From: Piromyces finnis finn
Taxonomy: Eukaryota; Fungi; Neocallimastigomycota
NCBI GenBank assembly: GCA_002104945.1
Contig: MCFH01000013.1
Span: 62,001 to 126,000 of the forward strand
DNA length: 64,000 bases
Direction of reading: 5' to 3'
Shown here piece after piece: positions 44,858 through 57,399 of the stretch. The notes beneath the pieces were generated by a model. The model worked only from the letters and a program-made list of their open reading frames with translations. It was not told the origin of the DNA and searched no databases. Position 1 is the stretch's first letter. Each line of letters starts with the position of its first letter. Made by a program: the position numbers and the translations under genes.

Positions 44858-45103
44858 ACCAAGCATCCATTGCGCAATGCTTGGATTTAATTCTTTCTAC
44901 TCTCTCAGTACCATGAGCATGAGTAGACCCCCTTGATAAACTCCATTATTAAATAAATGAAGGCACGTTCCTAAGAGGGCACCAAGCATCCATTGCGCAA
45001 TACTTGGATTTAATTCTTTCTACTCTCTCAGTACCATGAGCATGAGTAGACCCCCTTGAGAAACTACATTTATTAAATAAATGAAGGCACGTTCCCAAGA
45101 GGG
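44858..45103 (-). repeat. Two 123-bp tandem monomers forming the 5' end of the LINE
   Basis: ACCAAGCATCCATTGCGCAA...GAGGG units start at 44858 and 44981; the 5' TSD follows at 45105. Confidence 0.9.
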
Positions 45104-45686
45104 ATTTAGTTAGAATAACATACCATATATTTATATATGTAAAATTAAAGTGAAATAATAACAAAAGCTGGAAGAGAAAATAAAAAAAAGAGCTATTTCA
45201 ATTTAAACTAAAAGAATTATTCAAATTTAAGAATCTTAGAACTTAGAATGCTCATTTCACAATTATAATAATATATTACTAACATAATTATTACTAAAAA
45301 ATAATAATTCTAGTTTTTTTTTAACTGCATCAAAATAACTAACTACAACTAAAACATTAATAATTTTTAAAAGATAATGGTTCTCACTATTTTTTTATTT
45401 TAAAATATCTCAAAAATTACACCTTCCCTCAATAATTTATAATATTACACTTTAAAATAATCACACATTTTTATAATAAAAAATTTGATATTTATTATAT
45501 ATAAGTTTATTATTTTTTTCAAACACTCTGCAATAAATTTTAATTTTTTATTATCACCAGAGTAATTTATATTTTAAAAAATTTACATTTTATGTTTACA
45601 TTTTTTTTGTTTGTTAGTTATTTTTATTTTTTAGTTATTTTTTAATTATTTTACAATTTGTGAGTAGATAGATTTTAATAATTTAT

Positions 45687-47492
45687 TTAGTTTCTAATGA
45701 TACACCAATCATTGTTTTCAACACTCCACTTACCATCACTATCTTCAAAATAGACTTCGGTAGAGCTTTGACAACATGGGTATCCTTGAGCACCAATGCA
45801 GGAAGTAGCCTTAGCACATCCACACCATTCACCGTTTTCAACACCCCAGTTACCATCAGCATCAGTGTAAATAACTTCACAGTTATCAGAACAGCATTGG
45901 TAACCTTGGGAAGTGATCTTAGAAGAACATTTTCCAGTACTTGGGTTAGATGGAGTAGTACCTTGACTGCTGCTTCCAGCGTTAATAGTAGCCTTGTAGA
46001 GCTTACAGTTTTCGAATAAATCAATAACATCACCGTTCTTGTAGGTAACACCATTAACAGTAGTTTGAGAAATTTCCTTTTGTTGGACAGATGGAGCTGG
46101 CTTCCAGATCTTGAAACTACCAAGAAGATGAAGCATAGATAAGTAGTGAACTAAACCATCGTAGTAACGGTATTGACCAGTCATTGGTTTACCATCCCAA
46201 GCCATCTTTAAGTTCTTCTTAATAATGTCTTCGTAACCAGCAATTCCCATTAAAGCATAAGTGGCAACAGCGTTAGCACCAGTTTCACCTAAAGTGTATT
46301 GTTCAGATCCACCAGTACCATCCCAGTTGAAACGAGCGTGTTGGTAACCATCCTTTTCAAAGTGGTTGATGATACGTTTGGCCATTTCAGTTTGACGCTT
46401 AGCATCAGTACCGAATAAATAGTAATCCATACCAAAGTTCATAGCACAACGCATAGCATCGTACATGTACTTTTGAGCGTTACTGTTGTAACTAACAGAG
46501 TGTGGAGTACCATCAAAGTTATTGTAGTCAGAGAATAAACCAGATTGTGGGTTGGAAGATTTGTATAAGTGATCACGAGTGGCAGAAGCAGCAGCCTTCC
46601 ATTTATTTTGGTTAGTAGTAGACCAACGAGAGAAGAGATCTACGAAAGCTGGTAAATCGTAGGATGGATCAGAGAAATTGTTTTCATTACCTTGTGGTTG
46701 GAAAGTAATAACATTGTAAGCTGGGTTGAAGAGACTGTGTTGACTGTTATCCCACATTCTCTTAAGAATGTATTGGGCATCGTCCATGTATTTCTTGTCA
46801 TTCCAACGGTTAGCGGCAAAAAGTAATGACATCATGAAGTACATTTCACCATCTGGAGCACAGTTATCATCACCACCAGAACCGTTTGATCCACGCTTCC
46901 AGGCGAAATAACCATCCCAACTACCACTCTTGTGCCACATATGGTTCTTAGCCCAGTTCCAAAGTTTGTCGAATTCTTTTTGGTGATCAGTTTGAACAGC
47001 GATCATCATACCGTAAGACATACCTTCAGAACGAACATCATTATTGTTTACATCTAAAATGTAACCTTCGTTACCTTGGTCATAAAATACCTTACTGTTG
47101 TTATCACCCTTGAAATAGTGATTCCAAAGTTCATCAAGCTTCTTTTGAATTTCTTCATCAGTCTTACCTAAGTAAGTTTTGAATGGACTGGTGTAATCAC
47201 CAGTGTAGTAAGCACCAGAATAATTGGTGCTATCACAGTCTGGACCAAAGTAAGCACCATTTTCATCAAAGAATTGAGTTGGAGTAACCTTTTCTCTTTC
47301 AACGTAGGTATCATCGTCATAACCACCATTGTTATTGTTATTGTTACCTCCATTGTTTCCACCCCATGGATCCATTTGGTTACCTCCATTGTTTCCCCAT
47401 TGGTTACCCCAGTTCCATTGGTTACCCCAGTCCCATTGGGCACTAACAAAACCAACAGTAACTAATAATTGAACTACTTTAGTGTAATACAT
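45687..47492 (-). CDS. Secreted GH8 glycoside hydrolase (xylanase/oligoxylanase-like) with two C-terminal fungal dockerins (CBM10-like)
   Basis: Signal peptide; GNQW-repeat linker; [22 protein letters not shown] and YDAMR motifs; dockerins GYQCC...[18 protein letters not shown] and GYPCC...[15 protein letters not shown]; intronless. Confidence 0.93.
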   Translation of the reverse strand: MYYTKVVQLLVTVGFVSAQWDWGNQWNWGNQWGNNGGNQMDPWGGNNGGNNNNNNGGYDDDTYVEREKVTPTQFFDENGAYFGPDCDSTNYSGAYYTGDYTSPFKTYLGKTDEEIQKKLDELWNHYFKGDNNSKVFYDQGNEGYILDVNNNDVRSEGMSYGMMIAVQTDHQKEFDKLWNWAKNHMWHKSGSWDGYFAWKRGSNGSGGDDNCAPDGEMYFMMSLLFAANRWNDKKYMDDAQYILKRMWDNSQHSLFNPAYNVITFQPQGNENNFSDPSYDLPAFVDLFSRWSTTNQNKWKAAASATRDHLYKSSNPQSGLFSDYNNFDGTPHSVSYNSNAQKYMYDAMRCAMNFGMDYYLFGTDAKRQTEMAKRIINHFEKDGYQHARFNWDGTGGSEQYTLGETGANAVATYALMGIAGYEDIIKKNLKMAWDGKPMTGQYRYYDGLVHYLSMLHLLGSFKIWKPAPSVQQKEISQTTVNGVTYKNGDVIDLFENCKLYKATINAGSSSQGTTPSNPSTGKCSSKITSQGYQCCSDNCEVIYTDADGNWGVENGEWCGCAKATSCIGAQGYPCCQSSTEVYFEDSDGKWSVENNDWCIIRN

Positions 47493-48189
47493 TTTAATAT
47501 TATTATAAAAGTTGTTTTCTTTTCAAATAAAATATCTTTTTATATTTTATTTTTTGTTTTTTTTTTCAAACCAGTGAAAAAGAAAAGATTTTTATTTTAA
47601 TTAATATATATTATAATTTATATTTATACAATTAATATATATTAAATATAAAATGTATAATGATTTAAAAAAAAAAAAAAAAAAGAGAAAAAAACCTTTT
47701 TATATAAAATTATATAAAATAACAAAATTAATATAATAAATAAAAAAAAATTCTAGGGGTTAATCAATATTAATCATTTCATTAAATTTTTTTTTATTTT
47801 TATTTTTAGTGTAAATCTAATATAAAATAATACATTGATAATATATTTAAATAATAAAATGTTTTTAATATCTATTGAAGATTGATATATTAGTGTATAT
47901 TATAATATATGTAATATTTTAGATTTAATCTCAATAAAATAATATATAAATTAAAGTTTATATTTGATATATTTATTTTTTAACTTTTTTACCTTTCCTA
48001 CATCTTTAATATATTAAATTTCAAATATAATATATTATCATAATAAAAATAATTCAATGAAAGTACCCCTGAGTTTATCGTTGCATCTTTTATATTTATT
48101 ATTAAAATTAATTAAATTAAAAATAAAAAAGGAGCCATTTTCAACTATTTTTGAAAAATTGGATTGACGTTTGTTTTAATTTAGAGTAT

Positions 48190-48665
48190 TTGAATAAAAA
48201 CTTTAAATATTAATATTTTTTTATTAAATCTGTAGAATGAACAACTTAATTATTATTCATTTATTAAAATATGAATAATAATTCTAAATATTAATATTCT
48301 TTATTTAATCTCTAAATGAATAAAAACTTTAAATATTATTCATTTAATTTATAAAATTATGAAAACTTTAAATATTAATATTATTTATTTATCATAAAAT
48401 AAATTAATAAACTCTAAATGCTATAATTTTTTAATTAATCTATAAAAATGATTAAAAATTTTATATATTATTGTTTTTTAAATTAATCTATAAAATGATT
48501 AAAAACTTTAATTATTAATATTTTTATTCATCATAAAATGAATTAAGAATTTTAACTATTAATATTTATTATTTAATTTATAAATTGAATTAAATAAAAC
48601 TCTAAATATTAATATTTTTTATTTATCATAAAATGAATGAAAGAACTTTAAAATATTATTTATGT
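48190..48665. repeat. Degenerate ~45-bp AT-rich minisatellite (about 10-11 units)
   Basis: Core resembling AATGAATAAAAACTTTAAATATTAATATTTTTTATT recurs about every 45 bp. Confidence 0.7.
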
Positions 48666-51600
48666 ATTCTATATTTTAATTAACTACTGTAAATAGTAAT
48701 TAATTTAAAGAATAGCTGAGAATATTAAGAAATAATATAAGACACATTACATTATATAAATATTTATATTTATGTATTGTAATCCATTGAAAATTGCTTC
48801 CACTTTATAAAATAAATTAATTAAAATAGTAAATGATATGACTGATCTACGATGAAAAATAAATTAAAATTTATTAATAATAATGAATCAATCATGGATA
48901 ATAGCTTCAAAAAAAATTATTCAAAAAAAAAAACTTTTTTATTGTCATTGAGAAGTAGTAATGACACAATTCAATCTTATTCATTCTATTCTTTTTCCTA
49001 TTTCCTTTATTATATTAACTAATAATAGATGAAGGTGAGATTGATTTAACTTTGTTGAATAAAAGTGACATTTACCTATTATAAATGCTAAAAATTTTAT
49101 TATAAATTAAATATATCCTATTTATATATATATAATTTAATACATAGTTAATAAAACGTCTCCTAAAAACTATGGAAATTTTTAAACACAAAAAATAAAA
49201 TAAAAACAGAAAATGCATGGGAAAAAAATCTTTTTTTGTAAATCTTTCTTGTCTTTTTTTATCGCGTCTATCCAAACTTTATAAAAAAAAATTTTTTTTT
49301 TTATTGTATTTAATTTTAATTAATACAAAAAAAAGATTTTTTAAACTTAATCTTCTTATATAAAATAGACTATTTATTAATAATTTATATTTATAAATAT
49401 TCTACTCTAAAAATAAAAGAGTTTAAAGTATTGACTTTTTAACATCATCTATTATTATTTTTATTTAATTAGTAATTATTTTATTATATATTAGTTAATT
49501 ATTATTTTTCAAAAGAAAATTAAATACAAATTTTAATCGAATCTTTAATAAAAGTTTTAATTCCTTTTTTATTTTCAAAAAAAGTTCCTCTTTTCATCAT
49601 GCTGTATTGAAAAAAAAAAAAGAAAAAAAAGCGTTCTTTCAATGTACATAAAATTAAAATATTTTAATTTTAGTAATTAAGATTTTTTAATATTTTTTTA
49701 TTATTGTCCATCATTAAACCTTATTTATTGTTAAAAATAAATTAACTTATTTAGTAATGTTTATTACCCAAAATGTTTAAATGACAATAATTAAAAAATA
49801 AATTAATTTTCGTACAACTCAATAAATTAAACTGTGTATTTAAGCTATTTTAATAAAATTTGATACTATATTTGGTAGAATTAAACTTTGATAAATATAA
49901 AATTTATTAATAAAGTTTATATTAAAAATTGATGTATTTTGTATAGAATATTTATGAAATATTCATTTTAATTTTATTGAAAAAATGGTTAATAAATGTA
50001 ATAAAATGTGGCTTATAATTTAATTATGTATTTATACATTTTACATAATATTATATAAAACCTTATTTTATAATTAATTAATTTTGGCCACTTTTCCACT
50101 TAAAACTGTATTAAATCAATGTTTTAATATTATAACAATTGACGATCCATTGACAAAGCTTATATCGTCATTTACAAATTATTTTTTTTTTTATTTATAT
50201 ACTAAATAATCGTTGACCAACTTTTATGTTTGTTAATTAAAAATATAACAATAATAATAACATAACAAAAAACAACCACTAATTAATTGTGTATAGAGTA
50301 ATATGAAAATTATTTAATTTATTACTTTTTACTATTTTTTCATAATTATTATGGGATATATATTTTGATATATTAAAAGGCCATTGGAATACAGGACTTT
50401 TAAAATCCATAGGATCAATAACTTTTACTAATAGTTTTGGAGATTTCCAAAAAAAAATATGGTAACTCTATTACTAATTAATTTCAAGCTTGGAAACTAA
50501 GAAAGTTAAAGTGGTGTGAGAATAATTTTATCTTAAAAAAAGACCTAAAAACTTACGGAAGTTTTTTTTTTTTTTTTTTTTTTTTTTTGGTTTTTTTCAA
50601 TACCATCTAGGAATTTTTTTAAAAAAATTAAAGAAACTAAGATTAATTTATGATCCAATGTATCATAAAAAAATTCATAAACAAAACAAGGATTTATTAA
50701 TATGTTAAAACATATCTTTGCTATATTATAAAGAAGATTTAATTCCATTTTTCCATATTAAGAATTATTAGCTTTGACATTGGACTATTTAATCAAGAAA
50801 GTGTTGAAAAATATAAATTTTGTTTTTACAGGCTAACTAATCTATTGAATTCACATATAAGAAGAACTAGGGGATTGTTTTTACTATGCAATAGTTAATC
50901 AAAGGTGATAGGAATCTCACATTATGATCATCTACTTTACCAACAGTAATCTCTGATGTTAAAATGTTAAAAACGATAACTGAGATGATATACATATTTG
51001 GTAAATGTCTTAGTGTAAAGAAACACGAATTATAAGCATCAAATGTATAAGTCTCACATACCTTAAACCTTGAGCTTAGGATTAATACATTATATACTTA
51101 TATACAAGTCTTTAGTTCAATAAGCATGAAGAGGATAATTTATTACTATACAAGAATTGACTTTTTTTTAAAATATATATATATATATAGCACAAGTTTA
51201 AATATAGAGGTAAAATATAAAATATTTTCTTTTTTTTATATATATAAAATTTTAACTATTATTCCCAGAAAATACACAAAAATTAAAGAAATGTGCATTA
51301 GAATTTAGAAAATTTTATGTAAAAGATTTTTTTTAAGAAAAGTGGGGCCAGTAATGAATTTGGAAAATTGTTTGGTTTTTATATGATATATTATTTTAAA
51401 TCTAGTCAATAAACTTTATAAGGTTTTATCAGAAATTAAAAATTTTTTTTTAATTTTGGATAATACGAGAATAAATATTTTCTATAAAATGATAGCTTTT
51501 CCCATTGATTTTTTAAAATGAAATAAATACCGAGGGATGAAGAGTACTTTTTAATAAAATATTGATGAATTTCTTTAAAAAGATAAGGATAGTGTAATAA

Positions 51601-54305
51601 ATATTATATGCACTGTAAATAATATTTGTTTTTATTTTTCGTCAAAGTCCTAGTTTCTTCAGACCTAATACAAATGAGGCATTTCTAATTTTTACTCATG
51701 ATCTCCATTCTTGGTTAAAACCACGCTTAATTGTTTTTGAATTAGTTATAAATTTAAATATGTATATTAATTATTATTATAATAACAAAAAAAAATCAAA
51801 TTAAACTAAAACTTTATATTAATATTAATCTTCATACATAACACCATTTTTATAATCTATATCTCCCTCAACAGTTCCATCCTATTAATTAATCAACATT
51901 CTTCATAATTTTTTTTTTTTTTTGATAATAATATGAAATAATGCATTATTTTTTTATTCCTTTCAATATATTATATTTTCCATGTTAATATAATATCTAT
52001 ACCCCCCCCAAAAAAAAAAATAATAATAATATGTATAATCAAAAAATTACACAAGTATTAAAATTTCGAATTATTCAAGTTGTAATAAACCATTAATAAT
52101 ATCAACATAATTCTAATATAAAGATATGCCCTTCAATATATGTCTTTTTTTTATTTTAATTATTTTAAATTTTAATAGTTAATATTACTCTATATTTAGA
52201 ATTATGTCAATTACAAGTAGTCCCTTTACTGACCATAATAAAGATGATAATGATTGAGTTTAGGTCAATTATTCAACAAGACATTAAAGAATGTACTGTA
52301 GAATTAATTGTATTAAAGCAATACATAAGGTATTTAAAATACGAGTCGAATATGACCACAATGAAAAAACTAATATAATATATATATATATATATATATT
52401 CAAATTATTAAAATTACAATTTTTATTATTATCTACTTTATAAAAATTATATAAAAACAAGTTCGGAAATTTAAATAAATTCATATTATATAAATTATAA
52501 AGTTTTTTTTATTTTAATAAAAATAGTTATAATTCATTTTAATGCTATTCATGTATTTTCGATACATTTTCAATGTGACTACATATAAAATCAATAAATA
52601 TATAACTTTATAAATTATTATGCTTTTATTACTGTATATTTATTTATTTTTTTTTTTTTTAGAAAAATAAAATATAAAATATAAAATATAAAATATAAAT
52701 AATCCATATTAATTATTTTTTATCTTTTTCTCTATTCAATTCACCTTCTATAAAATCTTTTATTTGAAAAAGTTTCATAATACGACTTCAATAAATAAAT
52801 ATTGTAAAAGTATTTTTGATGTAGTTTTATATTTTTCTTTTTAATATTCGTTTGAATATATATAAAATATATTATTTTATTTTATTTTGTTATATTCAAT
52901 TAATTAAAAAAAATTTTTTAAAAAAAAAAACTAAACTTTAAAATTCACTGCCATGTCATAAATTCTTATATTTAAGAATAAAAAAAAAAAGTTAAAAGGC
53001 AGTAAAAAAAAAAAGATACTTTTAAAAATATAGAAATAAAAAAAACACTAAAAAGTAATGATAATATTAGAATTTTTTATTTTATTTTTATTTAAATATA
53101 ATAATGAAATTAGAAACCTTTTACCATCAATACATATATAATGAACATGTTGATGACATTCTAATAATTATTTTGAAGAATTGGTTAAAAGTTTTTACTA
53201 GTTGACTAAACATTTTCTAGAGTTTTTATTATTCTTTTTTATTATTAATTATAATTATTTAATATATTTAAATAATTCATTTTATTATTATCTAAATATT
53301 TAAAATATAATCTACTATTTCTATTCTTATTCATATTATTTTTTTTTAATTACTTTTTTAAACTAACCTTTTTAGATTTTATTGTTAAATTAAACTTTGT
53401 GTAACGAAACAAACTAATTAATTTTTAAAGTATAAAATAAAGAAAAAGTAATAACAATAAAAAAAGTAATTACAAGTAGAATAACAAAACAAAATATATA
53501 TATATATATAACCAAAAAGGAGAAAAATAAAAAAAAACTTTTATAAATCAATGAATAACAAAAAATAAAATAACAAAAAAAAAAAAAAAAATAAAGTATA
53601 ATTTTATTATTATAATTATTATCTCATTATAGTTTTTAATCTTTATTATATACTTTTATTCATCATTTTTAAAATGGAGAGTTAAACTTATTTAAATGTA
53701 TTTGTTTTAACCTTTTCGATTTGTGACGCATCATAAGTCAAGAAGTAGAACATAGAACATAAATACAACAAATACACATGTAAATATTTATTGTTAATAA
53801 CTTTTTTTATATATATTCTTTTTTTTTCAAGGACTAAGGATAGTATTTGTTAATTTTTTCAGTATTTTTAATAAACATCTTATTTAATAATCAAATTTTT
53901 TTTAGTTCAAGAATAATAGAAAGAATGAAGTATGAAATGAAAAGGAATAGGATAGACAATATCTTTAATTATATATATATATTTTTTTTCTCAATTGAAT
54001 AAAATATTTTTACCTATTGAGTAATGCAATAGTAGATGTTAATACGGGGATTGAACACTACGATTTCTATTTTTATTGGAACTATGTCAAATCAAGAAAT
54101 ATAATAGGAATTCCCCGAACTTATATCGCATTTGTTGGAGAGAAATGTACTCTCCATCAAATGTGTTGTTTTAGTCATTTTAGACAATTTAAATGTAATA
54201 AAATATTTTATAAACTTCTAAAATTATATATCTTTATAATTTTAAAAGTATATAATAATAATATAACAAAAAAAGCATGTAAATGTAAAATGTATATATA
54301 AAAAA

Positions 54306-54653
54306 AATGTAAAATTATATATTAAATTAATGTATTTAAAAATCATCATCTTAAATTTCTTATCCCAGTATAATAAGATCTTTGATATACATATAAATAT
54401 TTTTTTTTTTTTTTTTTTAATTTATTAAATAATTAATTAGCAAACAATAGTACGGATAGGAAAGAGGAGTGAGCTTGTCTATACGAAGCATTTCCTGTAG
54501 TACCTATTGTAGGCAATTAATTAAACTATTTAATTATTCAATGATAACAATTTAAAAAAAATAATAATATAATTATTGATATAAATTTAAAATCCAAATG
54601 AAATTTAAGATGATGATTTTTAAATACATTAATTTAATATAAAGTTTTACATT
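54306..54653. mobile_element. MITE/foldback-like element (~350 bp) with long terminal inverted repeats
   Basis: Perfect 42-bp inverted repeat (54318-54359 vs 54600-54641), extending outward about 12 bp with 2 mismatches; non-coding interior; no clear TSD. Confidence 0.55.
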
Positions 54654-56550
54654 ATAGTTTGATTGTAAATATTGTATTGTATGTAATATGAATAAAAATA
54701 TTATAAATTTTTTTTTTTGTTTTTATTAATTTATATAAATTATACCTCTATATTATCATTATTATCACAATGTTTAACATTAACTTTCGCATTATACATA
54801 TAAGTATTATTAAAACATTTATTTGAAAAATACTAATTATCCGTTTTATAATCAGTAGAAAATATGAATAGTTTTATATTTATTAAATGCAATATAAATA
54901 TTTAGAATTATTATAAAGAATTAAAATGTATCTAGGAATGTTTAGTATATCCCAAATTTTTTAGTCCGTAAAGCCTGCCTTTTTGCCACTTTTCGAAATT
55001 TTCCTGGCTAAATTTCTGCCTGAGGTCAAATTTCTTCTGGCTAGAAAGTCTGGCTAAATCGGCCAAAAATCTAGGATAAATACTAAATCATCTTTTTCTG
55101 GAATTCAATAAACAATTTAATATTATCATTGTCTACGCACACACACATCATCTTTACAATAAAATGGCCTATAAAAACTACAAGATATTGGAGAATGTAC
55201 GAATTTGTTAAAATTAAAATGATAAATAAGGACATCTAGAATATCTGTAGATTCGAACAAACCTTCATTTTTTATTTATAAAAAAAATGATATATTAACA
55301 TTTTTTATATAATATAATACTATAATAAACTTTTGTATTTGATATAATTATCATTCACTAAATAGTTTCATATTTTCCATATAAACGTACTTTTATATTT
55401 TCTTTTTCATTATTAATATTTCCCACTCTCTCCAGTCATATATATTTTTTTTCTTTTTGATTATAAGTAAGCAATTAATATTAAAACCAGTTTGCTCTAA
55501 TTCTTCTTGATTTTTATAATGTGATATAACTAGGTTCTGTTTCCTTTTTAGGGGGGAAACTTTATGAAATAATGTTTTTTAAATTAATTTTATTAAATAT
55601 AAATTTTGGCTAAAAAAAATACAAGAAGCAAAGAATTAATTATAAGAATAATAATACATTTATATATCTTTTAATAATTATAAACTATATTTTGTTTGTT
55701 TAATAAATATATAATAACTAGTATAAAAATATATTTATTAAAGTATAATAAAAATATAAATATAAAATATAAAAATATTATAAATAAAAATAATAAATAA
55801 AAGAAATTATTTACATAACATAAAATTATGTTATAATTTTATGTTTTTATTATTTAAATTAATAAAATAAATTTATGTTATCACTTAAATTTATTTTATC
55901 TTGTGAATTTATTTACGCCTCAATTGATTTTAGCCACATTATTAAATGACTACTTTAATTTATTTTATGTAATTATTAATAAAATAATTCTTTTAATAAT
56001 TAAAGTTTTATATAATATTTCATATCAAATGCTACTACTTTTTATTTTATCATCCTTTTTTTTTTTTTTTTTTTCCACTATTCAATTTAATATATTTTTT
56101 TATTAAAATTTTAATAACTTTTTTTTTCTAAAATGAAATATCTTCAAAAGGTGGAAGCATTAATAATGAATAAAAGTTTTTATCTTGGCTTTCTTATAAA
56201 AAAAGCTGAAATACACTGTTATGCTTTCTTATATATAAAATTCAAACTAATTCATTTCTTTTATTGTTATCTAAATGTAATCTATTCTTAATAACATTTC
56301 TTTTTTAATAATTTTTAAATACTAACCCTTTCAAAATCTATTGGTAACAGAGTAATTTCCATTTTAATTAATTTTAAATTATTTTTTTTTCTGTATTCAA
56401 ACTCTAAATAATATAAAATTTCATTTCTAAATATAAAAAAAAAATCTTTCCACTTTTTTTTTTCTTTTAAATAAATTAAAGAAAAAAAAAAAAGAAAAAG
56501 AATTATATAATACCTATAATATAAAATAAAGAAAAATAAAAAAAAGCAGA

Positions 56551-57399
56551 ATGAAATTATATTATATTTTATTTGTTACTTTATTATTAACTTTATTTAC
56601 CTTTGGTCAAATAACTAGTAGTAAAACTTTACCAACTACTAGGGTCAAAACTACTTCAATTACAAAAAAGACAACCAAAACTCTTCCAACTTCCAATATT
56701 TCAACAAAGACTCTTCCAGTCCCAACTACCACTGCTACAACAACATCACCAGTTTCTACTTCTACCACTAATTTACCTGGAGAATATTGTAAAAAGGAAG
56801 AAACATGTAATACCATATACTTTATAGATAGATATGGTAAATGGAGTGTTGAAGATTTAGATTGGTGTTTTTGTGGAGAAAATTCTACTGTTACTACTAA
56901 TGCAGTCAAAACTATCCCAATTTCAACTACTACTAATGCAGTCAAGACTATTCCAACCTCAAGTACTACTAATGCAGTCAAGACTATTCCAACCTCAACT
57001 ACTACTAATGCAGTCAAGACTATTCCAACCTCAACTACTACTAATGCAGTCAAGACTATTCCAACCTCAAGTACTACTAATGCAGTCAAGACTATTCCAA
57101 CCTCAAGTACTACTAATGCAGTCAAGACTATTCCAACCTCAAGTACTACTAATGCAGTCAAGACTATTCCAACCTCAAGTACTGAATGTTTACCAGTTAC
57201 TGTTACTGTTAATGAACAAGTTTTTGTTACTGAAAAGATTATTGTTACTGTTTACTCTTCAGAACCAACAAACCAACCACAACAAAATTGTGCTAAAAAA
57301 TGGGCTCAATGTGGTGGTACTGGTTATTCTGGTCCAACTTGTTGTGAACAAGGTACTACTTGTCATGAATATAATTCATTCTATTCTCAATGTATTTAA
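56551..57399 (+). CDS. Secreted non-catalytic protein: dockerin-like module, Thr-rich repeat linker, C-terminal CBM1
   Basis: Signal peptide; CNTIYFIDRYGKWSVEDLDWCFC (dockerin-like); CAKKWAQCGGTGYSGPTCCEQGTTCHEYNSFYSQCI (canonical CBM1). Confidence 0.9.
   Translation: MKLYYILFVTLLLTLFTFGQITSSKTLPTTRVKTTSITKKTTKTLPTSNISTKTLPVPTTTATTTSPVSTSTTNLPGEYCKKEETCNTIYFIDRYGKWSVEDLDWCFCGENSTVTTNAVKTIPISTTTNAVKTIPTSSTTNAVKTIPTSTTTNAVKTIPTSTTTNAVKTIPTSSTTNAVKTIPTSSTTNAVKTIPTSSTTNAVKTIPTSSTECLPVTVTVNEQVFVTEKIIVTVYSSEPTNQPQQNCAKKWAQCGGTGYSGPTCCEQGTTCHEYNSFYSQCI
56893..57180 (+). repeat. Eight 36-bp coding tandem repeats (TTNAVKTIPTS[S/T])
   Basis: Seen directly in both the DNA and the protein. Confidence 0.95.

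Larger units (their letters stand above)
39315..45104 (-). mobile_element. Full-length non-LTR retrotransposon (APE-type LINE) with poly(A) tail and 12-bp TSD
   Basis: Poly(T) on + at about 39315-39365; TSD TTTAGTTAGAAT at 39303-39314 and 45105-45116; one long ORF inside. Confidence 0.9.

Noticed and set aside
44858-45104. Hammerhead or HDV ribozyme in the LINE monomers
   Set aside because: CTGAGAGAGTAGAAA does not fit CUGANGA-stem II-GAAA. A P1-like helix with a G-U first pair exists, but I found no P3/L3 or P1.1.
45683-47465. Overlapping or antisense ORFs on GH8, likewise 56607..57161, 56873..57412, 28571..28960, 34029..34316 and those inside the retroelement ORFs
   Set aside because: These are shadow frames produced by codon bias and repeats in the real genes.
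48190-48665. CRISPR-like array
   Set aside because: The context is eukaryotic, the units are degenerate and contiguous without unique spacers, and there are no cas genes.
54017-54301. 94-aa ORF with a faint resemblance to a PIWI segment (IVDVNTGIEHYDFYFY)
   Set aside because: The match is too short, the start is TTG and the tail is low-complexity; not supportable.
49072-56106. Short ORFs (49072, 50545, 51126, 52284, 55903) and mildly GC-richer patches at about 50750-51130 and 51540-51730
   Set aside because: No motifs, frequent stops and homopolymer-derived residues. They may be decayed TE relics but cannot be identified.
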